A stretch of DNA of 64,000 nucleotides from Squalus acanthias. Taxonomy: Eukaryota. The notes beneath the pieces are model-generated. The model saw only the letters and a program-made list of their open reading frames with translations, ran no database searches and was not told the origin of the DNA. Position numbers and translations under genes: made by a program. Each line of letters opens with the position of its first letter. Positions within the stretch are counted from its first letter, which is position 1. Positions 9,640 to 21,959 of the stretch are shown here, one piece after another. Location of the stretch: contig CM059433.1 in the NCBI GenBank assembly GCA_030390025.1, positions 29,328,001-29,392,000 of the forward strand. The letters are read 5' to 3'.

Positions 9640-11502
9640 ATGCAGAGGGCTGCATCTCGCTTTACAGATGCCTCGCTGCATATTCTGGTCAAGGCAGTAA
9701 GAGCACGTAGGGAGGTCCTCCTCCCAGTAGATGGGCGCAAGAGACCTCCCCAAGAGACCAAAAGAGTCTGGCTGGAAATAACAGAGGAGGTCAGCAGCAG
9801 GGAGGTCGTGAAGAGGACCTGGACCCAGTGTAGGAAGAGATTCAATGATCTGATGAGGTCAGGAAAGGCGAGTGCAAGGCCACACTCACCCTCATCCTGA
9901 TGTGCCTGTCACCACATCCCCATCACTTTGCCTTCCCAAGCCTACTCCTGCACATCATTCCTCACACCAACATACCTTCCAGGTCCACCCATCCCTCTCT
10001 CTCTATGTACTCACATCCCCAATTGATCAACCACCCCTCACACTCACCCTCATCCTAATGCAATCATCGCAAGTAACATCACAGAAGGGCCATTTGGCAT
10101 TGGCACCCCACTCATTAATAGTTACCCTCTACAGATGTAACCCACACTATCCTTACACTCATTCCATCACTGTCACTCAAACTTCTTCTTTCCCTCTTTG
10201 CAGGATAAAAGAGCCCAGAACAACATAGAGAGGGAGAGAACCGGAGGTGGCCCTCCTGTCTTCGCACACCTAACAGCAGCAGAGGAGGGGGCTCTGGAGA
10301 TCTTGGGAGCTCGAAAGACGCTGGCGGTGGGAGACGGAGAGAGGGGGACATCCCAGCAACCTGGTGACAGAATCACATCTCATAAAGCCACATGGCATAC
10401 AACCATCACTCATATGGTGATTGATGTCTGCAGCCAGTGAAATTTCATCGTGTGCATAATGGTAACGTTACCCATTCTTAATATAACAGTTCTAAATCAT
10501 CTCTTCACTCTCCCACATGTCCATCAACTGCCCCCCAACCCCCTGCCCCCACTGTCCAGCCGGAGGAGGAAGACAACTCCTCAGAGGAACCTCCAGCCTC
10601 TAAGGATGCAACGTCAGCAGACCCAAGTGCACCCAGTACCAGCGCAGGTACGTACACCTCGGTGGGTCCCTTGTGCCAGTGAGTACAGTTGTCATCTGGT
10701 GTCTCACAATTCACAAGTGAGCAAGAGCAGGTGGTGTTGACGGGGACAGCAGTGGAGACTCCTCGCCGGAGGAGCGCAGGCCGCTTCAAGCTCTGCTGAG
10801 CTGCATTCAGAAACTGAGCCTCAGGGGCCATCAAGAAAGAGGGTGATCTTGGAGGGGCAGCAACAATTGCCTGAGGCTCTGGCATCTTTTGCAGCCGCAA
10901 TGTCTGCAAATGTGCAGAGAATGAAGGAGTCCATCTCCAACATGAGCACCACCATGTCGCAGGCGATGGTGACAATGTGCTGTTCCATGGAAAGGATGGC
11001 CACCTGCATGGAGCAGCAAATGCACCACTCACATGAGCACATGCTAGCTGTGGACAACAGATGGCAGGCACTCATACACCTCCTTTCAAGGAGGGATGTA
11101 AACGTAGACTTGGACCTTCATCGCCCCACTGCTGTGCAGCAAGGTGCTTGCCAGCTCCTTGCTAGCAGGGAAGTGCAGATGGCCCATGAGAGGGATGATG
11201 GTGAGAGGGGACATGGAAGTGGGGGCTCTTCTCAAAGTGCTCCCACTTCTCCCCCATTGCCTCCCCCTCAGTCAGAGCCCCACATGCTTCCTGGGATCCC
11301 GATGGCCAAGTCTGCCCCTGCACAGTCGCAGGAGGAGCAGACTTTAGCAGTGTCAGCACAGGCTCCAAAAACCAGAGGACGTCTGCCAAAAGTGTCTGAC
11401 GAGTGGCAGCAGGGAAGTGAGCAGCCTGCAACTACCTCTGTTGAAGCACCAGGGGTTGCAGCTCATAGAAGCACTTGGAAAAGAAAAATGACACAAAAGT
11501 AG
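9640..11502 (+). pseudogene. Harbinger Myb/SANT-like gene with 3 exons (~9640-9867, 10204-10363, 10519-11502)
   Basis: RFTDASLHILVKAV...WLEITEEVSSREVVKRTWTQCRKRFNDL, then DKRAQNNIERERTGGGPP. Donor 1 reads GC and acceptor 2 reads AT; exon 3 has a stop and a frameshift. The exon model is supported by the copy at 60312-62206. Confidence 0.8.
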
Positions 11503-11799
11503 ATGCACAAGGGTAAGCACATGGGTGTATCAGAAAATGTCGGTGCTAAGTTTCAGTTATTTTGATGACACACATAAATGTTTTTCTTTGCACCACTTTT
11601 GGGTCCTGTCCATTTTTGCCTCAAACCTTGGAAGTGGTGTTGTCACTTGGAGTGAATGGGGAGACATTATTTAACCTTGAGCACTGGGGCTTTGGATGAG
11701 AGAATGGATTGGTCATTGTAGGAATGCTTTATGGTGTTGTTGTTGGGAGGTGGGGACTTAGTACAGCATGTGGCAGGCATGTGGCTGCATTGGAGCAAG

Positions 11800-12995
11800 T
11801 TAAGTAAATCTGGCCATGAAGAGGCCATCCCGGGCCTCCCGGGCAGCAATGTGCGCTGCTGCTGGTGCCATCTCTACCTCAGGTTCCTCCTCCTCCTCCT
11901 CTGAAGAGGCTGTGTGCTGTGCGCCTTGCTCCTCCTGCAGCTCCAATCCTCACTGCTGCGCTATGTTGTGCAGCATGCAGCAGACGACAACGATTCTGGA
12001 GACACTGGCTGGTGCGTACTGGAGAGCTCCTCCAGATCTGTCAAGGCATCTGAAGCGCATCTTCAGCATGCCTATTGCTTGCTCTATCACACATCTGGTG
12101 GAGATGTGGCTCTCATTATAAAGTTCCTCGGCCTCAGTACTTGGCCTCCTCATGAGCCACGTCTTCAGTGGATAGCCCTCGTCTCCAAGCAGCCAGCCGG
12201 TAAGTGTGTTTGAAGGTGCGAAGAGCTGAGGGAGGGTGGACTGGCGCAGTACGAAAGAGTCAGGACAGCTGCCAGGGAATCTGGTGCACACATGCATGAT
12301 GATCTTTTTATGGTTACAGACGAGCTGCACATTGAGGGAGTGGAAGCCCTTGCAGTTCACAAACACTCCTTGGTGATGATGGGGTGCCTTCATGGCCACA
12401 TGTGTGCAGTCGATGACGCCCTGCACCTGTGGGAAGTCAGCCAGAGCTGCAAAGCTGAGTGCCCGCTCTGTAACACTGGTTTCATCAGTGGCAAAGTTGA
12501 TATAATTGTCTGACTATTGAAATATGGCATCGGTCTCCTGGGTGATGCATTTGTGGGCAGCCGACTGCGAGATCCCACAAATGTCTGCTGCAGATCCCTG
12601 GAAGGCGCCTGATGTGAAGAAGTTGAGGGCGGTGGTGACTTTGACAGCCACAGGTAAGGAGTGTCCACAGGACCTCTGGGCAGCAGGTCTTATTCCATCA
12701 AGCTACAAATGTCTGCAACGACCTGGCGCAATAGTTTGAGCCTCCTGAAGCACTGCTGCTCAGTCATGTTGAGGAAGCTCATCCTCTGCCTGTATACCCT
12801 GTGCTGGGGGTATCGCCTCTGGCACACTGAAGCCCTGTGGTGCCCCCCTCTCTCCTGTGGACGATCAGGTCGTTGAGGAGAAGGCTGCTGTTGCGGTTGC
12901 TGCTGCTGCTGCTGTTGTGGCTGGGGTTGTTGGTGGTGGGGCTCATCTTGGTCCGATTCTGAGGACCAACGTGAGACAGTATAAGCGGCACCCAT
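11800..12995 (-). pseudogene. Harbinger (HARBI1-like) DDE transposase, disrupted
   Basis: Motifs [62 protein letters not shown]. Three premature stops and one frameshift near 12668; terminal TAA at 11800-11802. Confidence 0.9.
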
Positions 12996-13909
12996 GCTGA
13001 TGTAGTAGATGGCAGGTAAAGTGGAGATCAGAGGGCCTATCCCTCAATGTTGTGATAGTGAGTAGCAATGTGGTGAGAGTGGCTTCCGAGCTTTCAACAA
13101 TGACCTGCAAACTCCAGAAATCTAAATCTGTGGACAAAATGGAGTGAGCAAGAGCCTTTCCATGAGGCAAGTAATGAGGTGTAATGTTGCAGTATTTATG
13201 TGCTTTTCCCAGCTGTCAATGAATGAACGCGCCAATGGCCACTGAGTTTCTGCCTCCCCTTCGCATGCGAGGCACCCGAGCTCCGTGAATCCCGTGCTCC
13301 TGAAGTTAAACTCAAAAAGCTGGCGCTAAAATCACTCTTAAGGGTCTGTAAACAAACATTCAATGATTTAAATGAGGTTGCCCGCCTCTGCCGACCGGGT
13401 CCGTGTCACCTGAGTTAAATGCATGAGGCGGCGGGATGACGGTGGGTTCCCGTCATGCTCGCTATTTCCGGCATTTTTACTGCCAACCCGCCCCCAAACC
13501 CGCATGCGCGGCAATGGGAAAGTTCCAGCCAAAGTGTTGGGTTTGTATTGTCCTGCCAAATCCTATTGGTGGCAATAACAAAGCAGAGTGATTATTTGCA
13601 ATACATTTTTGATGCTCTCTGTGCAGGCGTGTCCGTTTGGTACCGCACATGCACACTCGATCTGGTCACGCATGCGCAGTACCAAACGGCACGCTTTCCT
13701 CGGTTCCATGCGGAGAAGGTCAGGGGATCGAGTGGGGGGAGGGAGGAGAGGAGATAAGAGAGGAGGGGAGGGAGGGGAGATCGGAGGGGGGAGGAGAGGG
13801 GATTGGAGGAGGGAGAGAGAGAGAGGAGATCGGAAGGGGGAGAGAGGGGATCAAAGGGGGGAGAGTGAGAGGAGATTGGAGGGGAGGAGAGAGGAGATCG
13901 AAGGGGGGA

Positions 13910-14565
13910 GGGAGTGCTGCACTGTCAGAGGTGCCGTCTTTCAGATAAGACGTTAAACCCAGGCCCCGTCTGCCCTCTCAGGTAGACATAAAAAATCCCA
14001 TGGGGACTATTTCAAAGAGGAGCAGGAGAGTTTTCCCTGGCACCCATTACTATCATTATCTCATTGATGTTTGTGGGGCCTTGCTGTGCGAATTACAACA
14101 GTGACTGTACTTCAAAAATATTTAATTGGTTGTAAAGCGGTCATGAAAGACGCTATCTAAATGCAAGTCTTTCTTTAATGACCTCAAGACTTCCCAAAGC
14201 GCTTTGCAGCCAATGAAGTACTTTTGAAGTGTAGTCACTGTTGTAATGTAGGAAGCCAATTTGCCCACAGCAAGGTCCCATAAATAGGAATGAGATAATG
14301 ACCAGATAATCTGTTCTAGTGATGTTGGTTGAGGGATAAATATTGGCCAGGAATCCAGGGATCTTTTACATCCACCTGAGAGGGCAGACAGGGCCTTGTT
14401 TAACATTTCATCCGAAAGACGGCACCTCCGACAGTGCAGCACTCCCTCAGTACTGTACTGGGAGTGTCGGCCTGGATTGTATGCACAAGCCTCTGGAGAG
14501 GGACTATGAACCAAGAACCTTCTGATTGAGAGGCAAGAGTGCTACCCAGTGAGCCACAGCTAACA
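13910..14565. mobile_element. Two Deu-domain SINEs tail-to-tail (+ ~13910-14172, - ~14175-14565)
   Basis: Both match the Deu-SINE copies at 1858-2290 and 42795-45150. Confidence 0.75.
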
Positions 14566-15244
14566 CGGCAGGGTGACGGGCAGGCAGAGAGAACAACAAG
14601 CAAAAGTAAACCCAGCAATACTCCCTTCCATCATAGAGAGAGCAGTTAATGGTCAGCAAACATGTTCTTTAAAAAGCTGGAATGAAGTGCAGAATAATGA
14701 ATGATATGGAAATTCCATCTCAATGAGGGCACCGAAAAAGGTATTAAAAGTGGGCATGGAAATAGTTAATCAGGGTAGTAAAAAGTCATAGGAAAAGAAC
14801 TGATTGTTGAAAGACTGTGCTTGTGACGCCCCTTTTCTGTTAATTGGATATTTGTTTGAAGTTTAGTCATATGTGTCTAAGAACCTCTATACCAGAAAGT
14901 TAACAGAAATGTGGGTTTTGATGGCTGAGGGATAAAAGCGGATTGTTTGAATCATTCTTTTTTGGTGTAAAAAAAATGGCTATTGCGAACAGAATAAGAA
15001 TTTTCAGAGTGCAAGATTGGCCTGAGGCGACACAAAAAATTTGAGCAGGAAAGAGAGATTGAACTTGCTGTGCCATAAAGTGTACATAATATATCGAGAT
15101 TCTTATGATCTGGAACAAGCTAAGCCCTTGGGTCTGTCACAGTTCCTTTGCACCATCTGACTTCTTTGTTGCTGCGATTCACATGTTGTCCTGTGCATAA
15201 TGTTCGTGCTTTACTTTTTAAGTGCTTTCAGAAAGTAAAAAAGA

Positions 15245-17120
15245 ACTTGCATTTATAGAACGCCTTGAACGTAGTCAATTTGTCCCAAGGCACTTCACAG
15301 AAGCGTCATCAGCCACAATTTTACACCGAGACTCATAAGGCGATATTAGGGCAGATGGCCAAAAGCTTGGTTAAAGAGGTAGGTTTTAAGGAGCGTCTTA
15401 AAGGAGGAGAGAGAGGTGGAGAGGCGGAGAGGTTTAGGGAGGGAATTCTCGAGCTTAGGGCCTCGGCAGCTGAAGGAGCGGCCGCCAATGGTGGAGCGAT
15501 TCAAATCAGGGATGTGCAGGAGGCCAGAATTGGAGGAGCGCAGAGATCTCAGTCCATTTAAAATACTGCGCATGCACGGTTTTTCCTATTGAAAAGCCAG
15601 CAAGCCAGAAGGTCCAGAGAGCTGTGCAGCTTAAAGGGAACATTGGTTGTAGGGCTGGAGGAGGTTACAGAGATAGGGAGTGGCCATAGAGTGATTTGGG
15701 AACAAGGATGAGAATTTTTAAATCGAGGAGTTGCCAGACCAGGAACCAATGTAGGTCAGCAAGCACAAGGGTAATGGATGAACGGGACTTGGTGTGAGTT
15801 AGGATACAGGCTGCAGAGTTTTGGATGAGCTTAAGTTTATGGAGGGTGAAAATGGGAGGCCGACCAGGAGTGTGTTGGAATAGTCAAGTCAAGAGGTAAC
15901 AAAGACATGGAAGAGGGTTTAGCAGCAGATGAGCTGAGGCAGGGGCGGAGTCGGGCGATGTTTTGGAGGTGGAAATAGGTGGTCTTTGTGATGGCACGGA
16001 TGTGTGGTTGGAAGCTCATTTCAGGGTCAAATACGACACGGGGTGGGGGGGGGGTGGAAATTGGCTCGCGTTAACTTCGTCAGGGAGCTAAAGGTAGCGC
16101 CCCGAAAAAGTTAGTGCCCCCGCACCCGAAATTCAATGGTACCGCCCCAAGCACGATCCGGGGCACAACTGGAAGCGCTCCCCCTACCTGTTGGGGCACT
16201 CCCATTGAATATCATGTCACTACGTGCAGCAGCGCCAAGCGCGCCGGCACGTAGCACCGTGGTACTGCAGGCCTCCCCCCCTAATTAAAGGGGAGGGGCC
16301 TAGCGCAGCACACATCGGGACCCTGCTGGGCCACCAGGGAGCGGGGTGCCGGCAAAAGAGCCCGACACTCAAGGAGTGCCGGGCTGACGGATCGCGGCCG
16401 GCACCCCGCAGCAGGAAGCCAGAGGAGGCAGGTGCTGGCAAGCGGCCCCCAAAAAATGGCCGCCCGGCACCTGCCCTTTAATTATCGCCGCCCTGGCCGC
16501 AAGAACACCCCCTGACTCTGTCGAACATAGCGTCCAGCGGTAGGTCAGGGGACGTGAGCCAAGTTTGCGGCTGGGGCGCCACGCACGGTGATGACATCAT
16601 CGCCGGAGGCGCAGCGCTGCGGGGCGCTACTGGCTACCGCCACCGCTAACCTCCCGCTGAAATTCGCGGGAGGCGTTAGCGGCGCTGCGCCGTGCCCGGG
16701 CGCTAGTTTCTTTGCGCCCCGTTAGTGTCCCCTCGCAAAGCAACCAAATTTTCCCCCCCAAGGTTGTTAACAGTTTGGTTCAGCCTCAGAAAGTTACCAG
16801 GGAGAGGGATGGAGTCAGTGGCTAGGGAACTAAGTTTGTGGCGGGGACCGAAGACAATGGCTTCAGCCTTCCCAATATTTAGTTGGAGGTAATTTCTGCT
16901 CATCCAGTACTGGATGTCGGACAAGCAATCTGACAATTTAGAGACAGTGGAGAGATTGAGAGAGGTGGTGGTGAGGTAGAGCTGGGTGTCGTCAGTGTAC
17001 ATGTGGAACCTGACACTGTGTTTTCGGATGTTGTGGCCGAGGGACAGCATGTAGATGAGAAATAGGAGGGGGCCAAGGATAGATCCTTGGAGGACAGCAG
17101 AGGTAACAGTGCAGGAGCAT
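15245..17120 (-). mobile_element. L2-clade LINE 3' part, interrupted by insertions
   Basis: HMYTDDTQLY RT motif (ORF 16703-17050) and GGRSFSCRGPKL..SLP C-terminus. Split by a MITE at ~16048-16758 and a ~95-bp insert at ~15551-15645. Confidence 0.85.
16048..16758. mobile_element. CpG-rich Harbinger-like MITE
   Basis: GGGGTGGAAATTGG...CCAAATTTTCCCCC termini. The L2 rejoins across it (GACAC|CAAGGTTG). Second copy at 18041-18683. Confidence 0.75.
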
Positions 17121-18040
17121 TACTACATTTATATATATATAATATGTGCTGCTACATTATTTACCAAGTAGAGAACAATATTTTATGTCTTAAGGCACAA
17201 GAAGTGCCAATAATCAGATGTTATGCTAGAACGAAAGATCAGTCATCTTTATAATGCCTCTGTTTATCTGGGGGGTATGTAGCTGTCGATGACTATAAGA
17301 TTGAATTGATTAAAATCTCCCAAATATATGATTGCAAAGAAAATAGAAATATCACCCAAGGTGCTTATAGTACATCAAACATTTGAGATGTCACCTCGAG
17401 TTTCCACATAATGATTGCAAAATTGCCCAAAATCTTTAGGGAGGCTAAGGTATTAAATTCTTAATGAAAAGTTTATAGAAAGTCTTAAATAGGCTCTTAT
17501 GTTTGTAATGAGGAATAATGAACTCATGTGCACATTGCAAGTAATGATTTTCTTCCCTCGGTATAATCCTCATTATAACTAAGCAAGAAATGTATTCACC
17601 CATCTCATTGATTTCAGAGCTATGAAAAATATGCTTTAGCTTGTTTGTAACGGCTTCCAATACAAGTGATAATGTGACACGAAGCGACAATTGTAAACAA
17701 ATTGATGAAACCCAGAAGTATCTGGTACGATTCACTGATTTCCATAATTCTTCAATCACACCTGTTCTGACTCCCATTCCTCTCAATCGGCCACACATAA
17801 GATGAGAAAGGACACAGACAATCTTCGCATTCAATGTTGTTATAGCAAAGTGGTCACATCACATGAAGATTTTGAATTGGGAAAGGTTTGGCAAGCCCTG
17901 ATTAAATAAAATACTCAAGACCGTTTCCCTTTACTGCTTGTACCTTAATTATTAAAGTGGTTTAATAATATATAATAAGCAGCAAATAAACCAGTAAATC
18001 ACTTTTCAGAAAGCACTTCAGTACAGGATGGATGGTGATA

Positions 18041-18683
18041 CTTTTAGCGCCCTGAAAAAGTTAGCGCCCCCGCGCCGTAAATTCAGTGGTAGTGCTCCAA
18101 GCAGGAGGCGGGGCACTACTGGAAGCGCTCCCCCTCCCTCTTGGGGCGCTACCATTCAAAATTGTGGCGTTACGCGCAACAGCACCACAGGCATCAGCAT
18201 GTGGCGCCGCGGTATTACAGGCCTCCCTCCCCTGATTAAAGGGGAGGGGCCTAGTGCAGCGTGCACCGGGGCCCTGCTGGACCACCGGGGAGCGGAGTGC
18301 CGGGAAAACAGCCCGGCACTCACGAGACCAGCACTCTGCATGAGGACGCGAAAGGGGGCAGGTGCTGGTAGGCGGCCCAAAAAAAATGGCCGCCCAGCAC
18401 CTGCCCTTTAATTTGCACCACCGCGGCCGCAAAAACACCACCCTGTGACCCTGTCGGACATATCGTCTGGTGGTAGGTCAGGGGGCGCAACTGAAGTTTG
18501 CGGCCGGGGCGCGAGCGGGGCGCCGCGCATGGCGGTGACGTCATCGCCGGAGGCGCAGCACCGCGGGTCGCTAACGGCTACCGCAGCCGCTAACCACCCG
18601 CTGAATTTCGTGGGAGGCATTAGCGGCGCCATGCCCCGTTAGCGCCCCCCTGGGGCAGCACAAAGCAACCCAATTTTTCTCCC
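18041..18683. mobile_element. Second, left-truncated copy of the CpG-rich MITE
   Basis: Colinear with ~16095-16755 and ends CCCAATTTTTCTCCC. Confidence 0.75.
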
Positions 18684-19029
18684 ATTGTCTTTCTTTATCT
18701 TAATGGAACAATTAGTTTTAATAGCCTCTCCCCACACCCTACCACGCCAGTGTACATGTATTTACTAAATGCAGGAATGAGACTGAACAGTTTAAATGGT
18801 TCCCTTTCTGGGCCAGAGAGGTTGATTGGCATTGCATTAACAATTATCACATCGTTAAATGGGTACTTGCACTGTTAAGTTCCAGCCCTAACTTTTTGCG
18901 GGAGTTTAATGGGAGATTAATGTGCAAATACAGCAAGTTTTTAAAAATAACAGGGAGGATGAGGGCACGATGCCATTTGTGCGAAGCAAACTGTGGAGTG
19001 GCATAAGTCGACCAGCAAGTTCTGGAGAT

Positions 19030-20924
19030 TCTCAACTCACGGCGTATCTCTTCATTCCTGATGGTAGCAGTCAGAACTTGGGTGGCTTCAAGCTGAGACT
19101 GCATGAGAGCAGTCTGAGCTTCGATGGCACCAAGCAGAGATTGCATGAGAACAATCTGAGCTTCCGCTGCAGCACCAAGATGTTGGATCGCTTCTGCCTG
19201 TGCTGCAGGGAAGCTGCGACATCGCCCATCATGCGCACCATCAGGTCTGGGTCGACACGGTCTCTTTGGGAGTGTACCATCATTTCCAGGCTGGAAATCC
19301 TGGGCTCCATGCTCTGCGCAGATCCCCATGCAATGTTGGAGGTGGACTCCTCCGCGCTCCTTGACATTGCCGAGATGCTCTCTGGCAGGTTTACCATTGC
19401 ACCCATCAATTCGGTGTGCATGCCCATCACCCTTCTTCTGAAGGCCTCCCCATCGAGGTCCTTATCTGAGTCCTGTGCAGCAGAACTCGTGCGTGAACTC
19501 GCCCTCCGGGGAGTTGGCCCCCGAGTTGCCCTTGACCCCGGCCTTGCTGCAGCCCGCTCGTGCCCGGTGCCTCACCCTGTGCAGATCCCACTACTACACT
19601 AGCCTCTAAAGTACGCGTAGTGCCAGTTTCTGAGCTGGTGTCTGCGAGTGACAGATCCAGTTACACGGTGTCTTCTTCCTCCTCTTCTTCTCCCCCCTCG
19701 CTCTCTTCCATGACCTCGGGGACAGGTTGCTTAGATGCTTTTTGATTATCTGAAAGCAGAAAGGCACAAGAGTCAGCTTATGGTGGTGGGGGTGTGGGGG
19801 AGGGGCATACAGCATGATTGGCTTGAAAGTGAGAAAAGATTGTGAGCTGAAGGGGAAGTGGGATGTGAGAAGAAGGATTAGGAATGAACTTACCATTGTT
19901 GTCCCCACGGGGTTGAACCTCGCCGGTTGCCAGGGCGTCGATGATGTGGCGCCCAATTATCTGGAGAACTCGCTCCTCGAGCTGGCTGAAGTCCTGCGTT
20001 TCAGCCTGGCCCTTACCTGACTGCTGCTGCTCCCTCCAATTATGTGCCAGCTTGGCCTGCAAGGGATAGAGAAGTGTGTGAGTGAGTGTAGTGCAACGTG
20101 TTTGAGTGATGTGCCTGCCATAGTTGAATAGCTGTCAGTGTGTGCAAGGTATGAGATGTGAGTGTGAGTGTTGCAGCAGTGGTAATGTTGTGAGGGTGAA
20201 GTGAAGCCATGATTGTGAGGTGTGAGTGGTGATAGGTAGAGATTGTTGGTAGGTGAGTGATGGGATTGTGGTGCTTTGGGCAGTGTGTGAGGCTTATGGT
20301 GCAGATGGTGGTATGTGGCATTTGCTGAAGCCTTCACTCACCTTGACCACCCCTGTGAGGTCATTAAACTTCTTCCTGCTCTGATTGGCGGACCGTGGCA
20401 CCACAGTACTGGCCGTTACATGGTCTCCTGCCACATGGTACAGGACATAGATGGCGAGAGCTTCCTGCCACTTTGCGGGTAGAGGACAGCCCGCCTCCTC
20501 TCCATGTCCACTACAAGTGCCTTCAGAGCTTCGTCGGAGAAACTCCTGGCTCTCTCCCTGGTGTGACAATCTGCCATTTCAATGTGTAATCAACTCTTGC
20601 TTGTGCTTGTGCTTCGGCTTGTTGGGGCAGCTGCAGATCCAACTGCCCTGACAATGAGCTGCTGCAGCATCAATGCACCTCCTCTTTAAGTAGTGGAAAA
20701 AGCCTATGGCACACATTGTGAAGTAGACTGGACCTGATATTGGTCCACCTGTTGCTCGTTAAGCCAATGAGCAGCAGTTTTAGCGCTGAAATCATGACTA
20801 TAATCAAGTTAATGAGGAATGAGCACGAACTTTGTGTGCTACCTAGACCATTTTCAGGTGGCGCAACTTAACATCGTTTGGCCTTAACACTGCCCATTTC
20901 ATGGCTATATCCAATTTCTAGGCC
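19030..20924 (-). mobile_element. Truncated Harbinger: left end plus spliced Myb gene remnant
   Basis: Reverse-complement terminus GGCCTAGAAATTGG at 20924, like 47561. SRKKFNDLTGVVK|GT exon, then AKLAHNWREQQQSG exon, then a Met/Ser-rich exon 3. Confidence 0.75.
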
Positions 20925-21337
20925 AAAATCGCTTGACAAGCAAATAAGAATAGAAAAAAAAGAGACTGAGAAATTCTACATTACTATCAGGAGGCAAGAC
21001 AGGTGTAACTGTGCTCACTGCAGATTAATAAAACTGGGAGAAAGCAGTCTCTAAGCAGCATATTGCTTGGTAATTTCTCAGGACTATTAATCCTAACTGT
21101 CAACTTGTCAGTAGAAGCTCAAATATGTACTAAACAGGCCAGCCAGGACAATATAGTATTCAGGGCTCTTGTGTGGGTTATAAAAGAGTAGTAAAACCAG
21201 TCAAGAAAAGAAATAATGAACTTGATTTTTTTATTTAGCTGGATGACAGCCTGCAACAGGGGGCCAATGAAGAGAGCAAGGACTGGGGTACCTGGTTTGC
21301 TATTAGATTCAAATAACCCTCCTTTCTTGACTGCAGG

Positions 21338-21752
21338 ACATCCCAAAGCCAATGAAGTACTTTTGAAGTGTCGTCACTGTTGTAATGTGAGAAACGTGGC
21401 AGCCAATTTACACACAGTAAGGTCCCATAAACAGCAATGTGATAATGACCAGATCATCTGTTTTTTAGTGATGCTGGTTGAGGGATAAATATTAGCCAAG
21501 ACACCGGGGAGAACTCCCCGCTCTTCTTCGAAATAGTGCCCCGGCATCTATTACGTCCATCCGAGAGGGCAGATGGGGCCCTCGGTTTAATGTCTTATCC
21601 GAAAGATGGCACCTCCAACAGTGCAGCTTTCCGTCAGTACTGCACTAGAATTTCAGCCTAGGTTATGTGCTCCAGTCTCTGGAGTGGGGCTTAGACCCAT
21701 GACCTTCTGACTCAGAGGTGAGAGTGCCACCCATTGAGCCACAGCTGACACC
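21338..21752 (-). mobile_element. Deu-domain SINE
   Basis: Colinear with 1870-2290. Confidence 0.75.
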
Positions 21753-21959
21753 TACTTCAAGCAAGCTACTTCAGAAAGTGCACAGTGAAAAGGTAACAAA
21801 AGAGTTGTTTAATTTGATTTGCTTCTGTTGTCATGTCAATAAAACCTACCTAAGATGTGTACAATATCTCTGATCAACACTACACAAAATCCTAATTCTC
21901 ATCTGGCATAAAAATTATGAAAATATATGTACTCTGTATAATACTTTTCTGTTCTCATA

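Larger units (their letters stand above)
9334..13530 (+). mobile_element. Full-length, decayed PIF/Harbinger DNA transposon (4197 bp)
   Basis: TIR GGCTGGAATTTT...AAAGTTCCAGCC flanked by an AAA TSD (9331-9333, 13531-13533). Contains convergent Myb/SANT and transposase genes. Confidence 0.9.

Noticed and set aside
10843..11502. 219-aa ORF (and 61538-62206) as a separate third transposon gene
   Set aside because: Homology and splice sites place it as the distal part of Myb exon 3, cut off by a stop or frameshift.
11800..12995. Domesticated host HARBI1 gene
   Set aside because: Stops and a frameshift, inside TIRs and a TSD.
15551..15645. hAT-like MITE end (CTTAAAGGGAACATTG) inside L2
   Set aside because: Only one terminus and no TSD; too short to classify.
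17120..17900. Degenerate hAT element (ORF 17445-17834; end GGTTTGGCAAGCCCTG)
   Set aside because: No partner TIR, TSD or clear transposase motif found.
16048..18683. CpG islands as host promoters
   Set aside because: They coincide with repeated MITE copies; the same holds at 31133-31858 and 39414-40306.
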